Assembly: GCF_009914755.1 (NCBI RefSeq)
Contig: NC_060934.1
Source: the human T2T-CHM13v2.0 reference genome, Homo sapiens
Strand: one strand, 5' to 3'
Length of the DNA: 64,000 nt
Both the position numbers and the translations under genes were made by a program. Positions 63,931-64,000 of this stretch are shown in pieces. The notes beneath the pieces are model-generated. The model did not search any database, was not told where the DNA came from, and worked only from the letters and a program-made list of their open reading frames with translations. The first letter of the stretch is position 1. Each line of letters starts with the position of its first letter.

Positions 63931-64000
63931 TGTGATATGGGATGTTTGGGGTGTTGCTTTTTCTGGCCAGAAACCTCTGTGGCCAGTGGCACCTTTGCCT
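63931..64000 (-). mobile_element. End of an ERV1 LTR (MER52/LTR1-like), continues beyond window
   Basis: tttggggtgttgcttttctggccagaaacctctgtggccagtggcacctttgcc. Confidence 0.55.

Overview
Human (or great-ape) genomic DNA, repeat-rich and almost entirely non-coding. I place it in the head-to-head ARHGAP22 (- strand) / WDFY4 (+ strand) interval on chr10q11.2. The anchor is a spliced minus-strand mini-exon (25289-25451) encoding MLPTASSKRRTFAARYF, which I recognise as an alternative ARHGAP22 N-terminus; a CpG-island promoter lies at ~28.9-29.9 kb. The WDFY4 5' end at ~58.4 kb is inferred from recalled gene order plus promoter and splice motifs, so it is less certain. The rest is Alu, L1, L2, MIR, LTR and DNA-transposon relics, including a near full-length old L1 with nested insertions and an L1-mobilised HERV-W retrocopy. 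Almost all ORFs in the supplied track are spurious or TE-derived. I see no new multi-gene system. The most interesting signals are mutational and structural: a perfect 65-bp templated insertion inside a 2.4-kb palindromic AT-rich VNTR; an older ~165-bp duplication with similar geometry; a template-switch hairpin in an L1PA; a 50-copy AGAGG/AAAAG purine tract in the putative ARHGAP22 first intron; and two uAUGs in the ARHGAP22 alternative leader. Repeat subfamily names and most TE boundaries are by-eye estimates.
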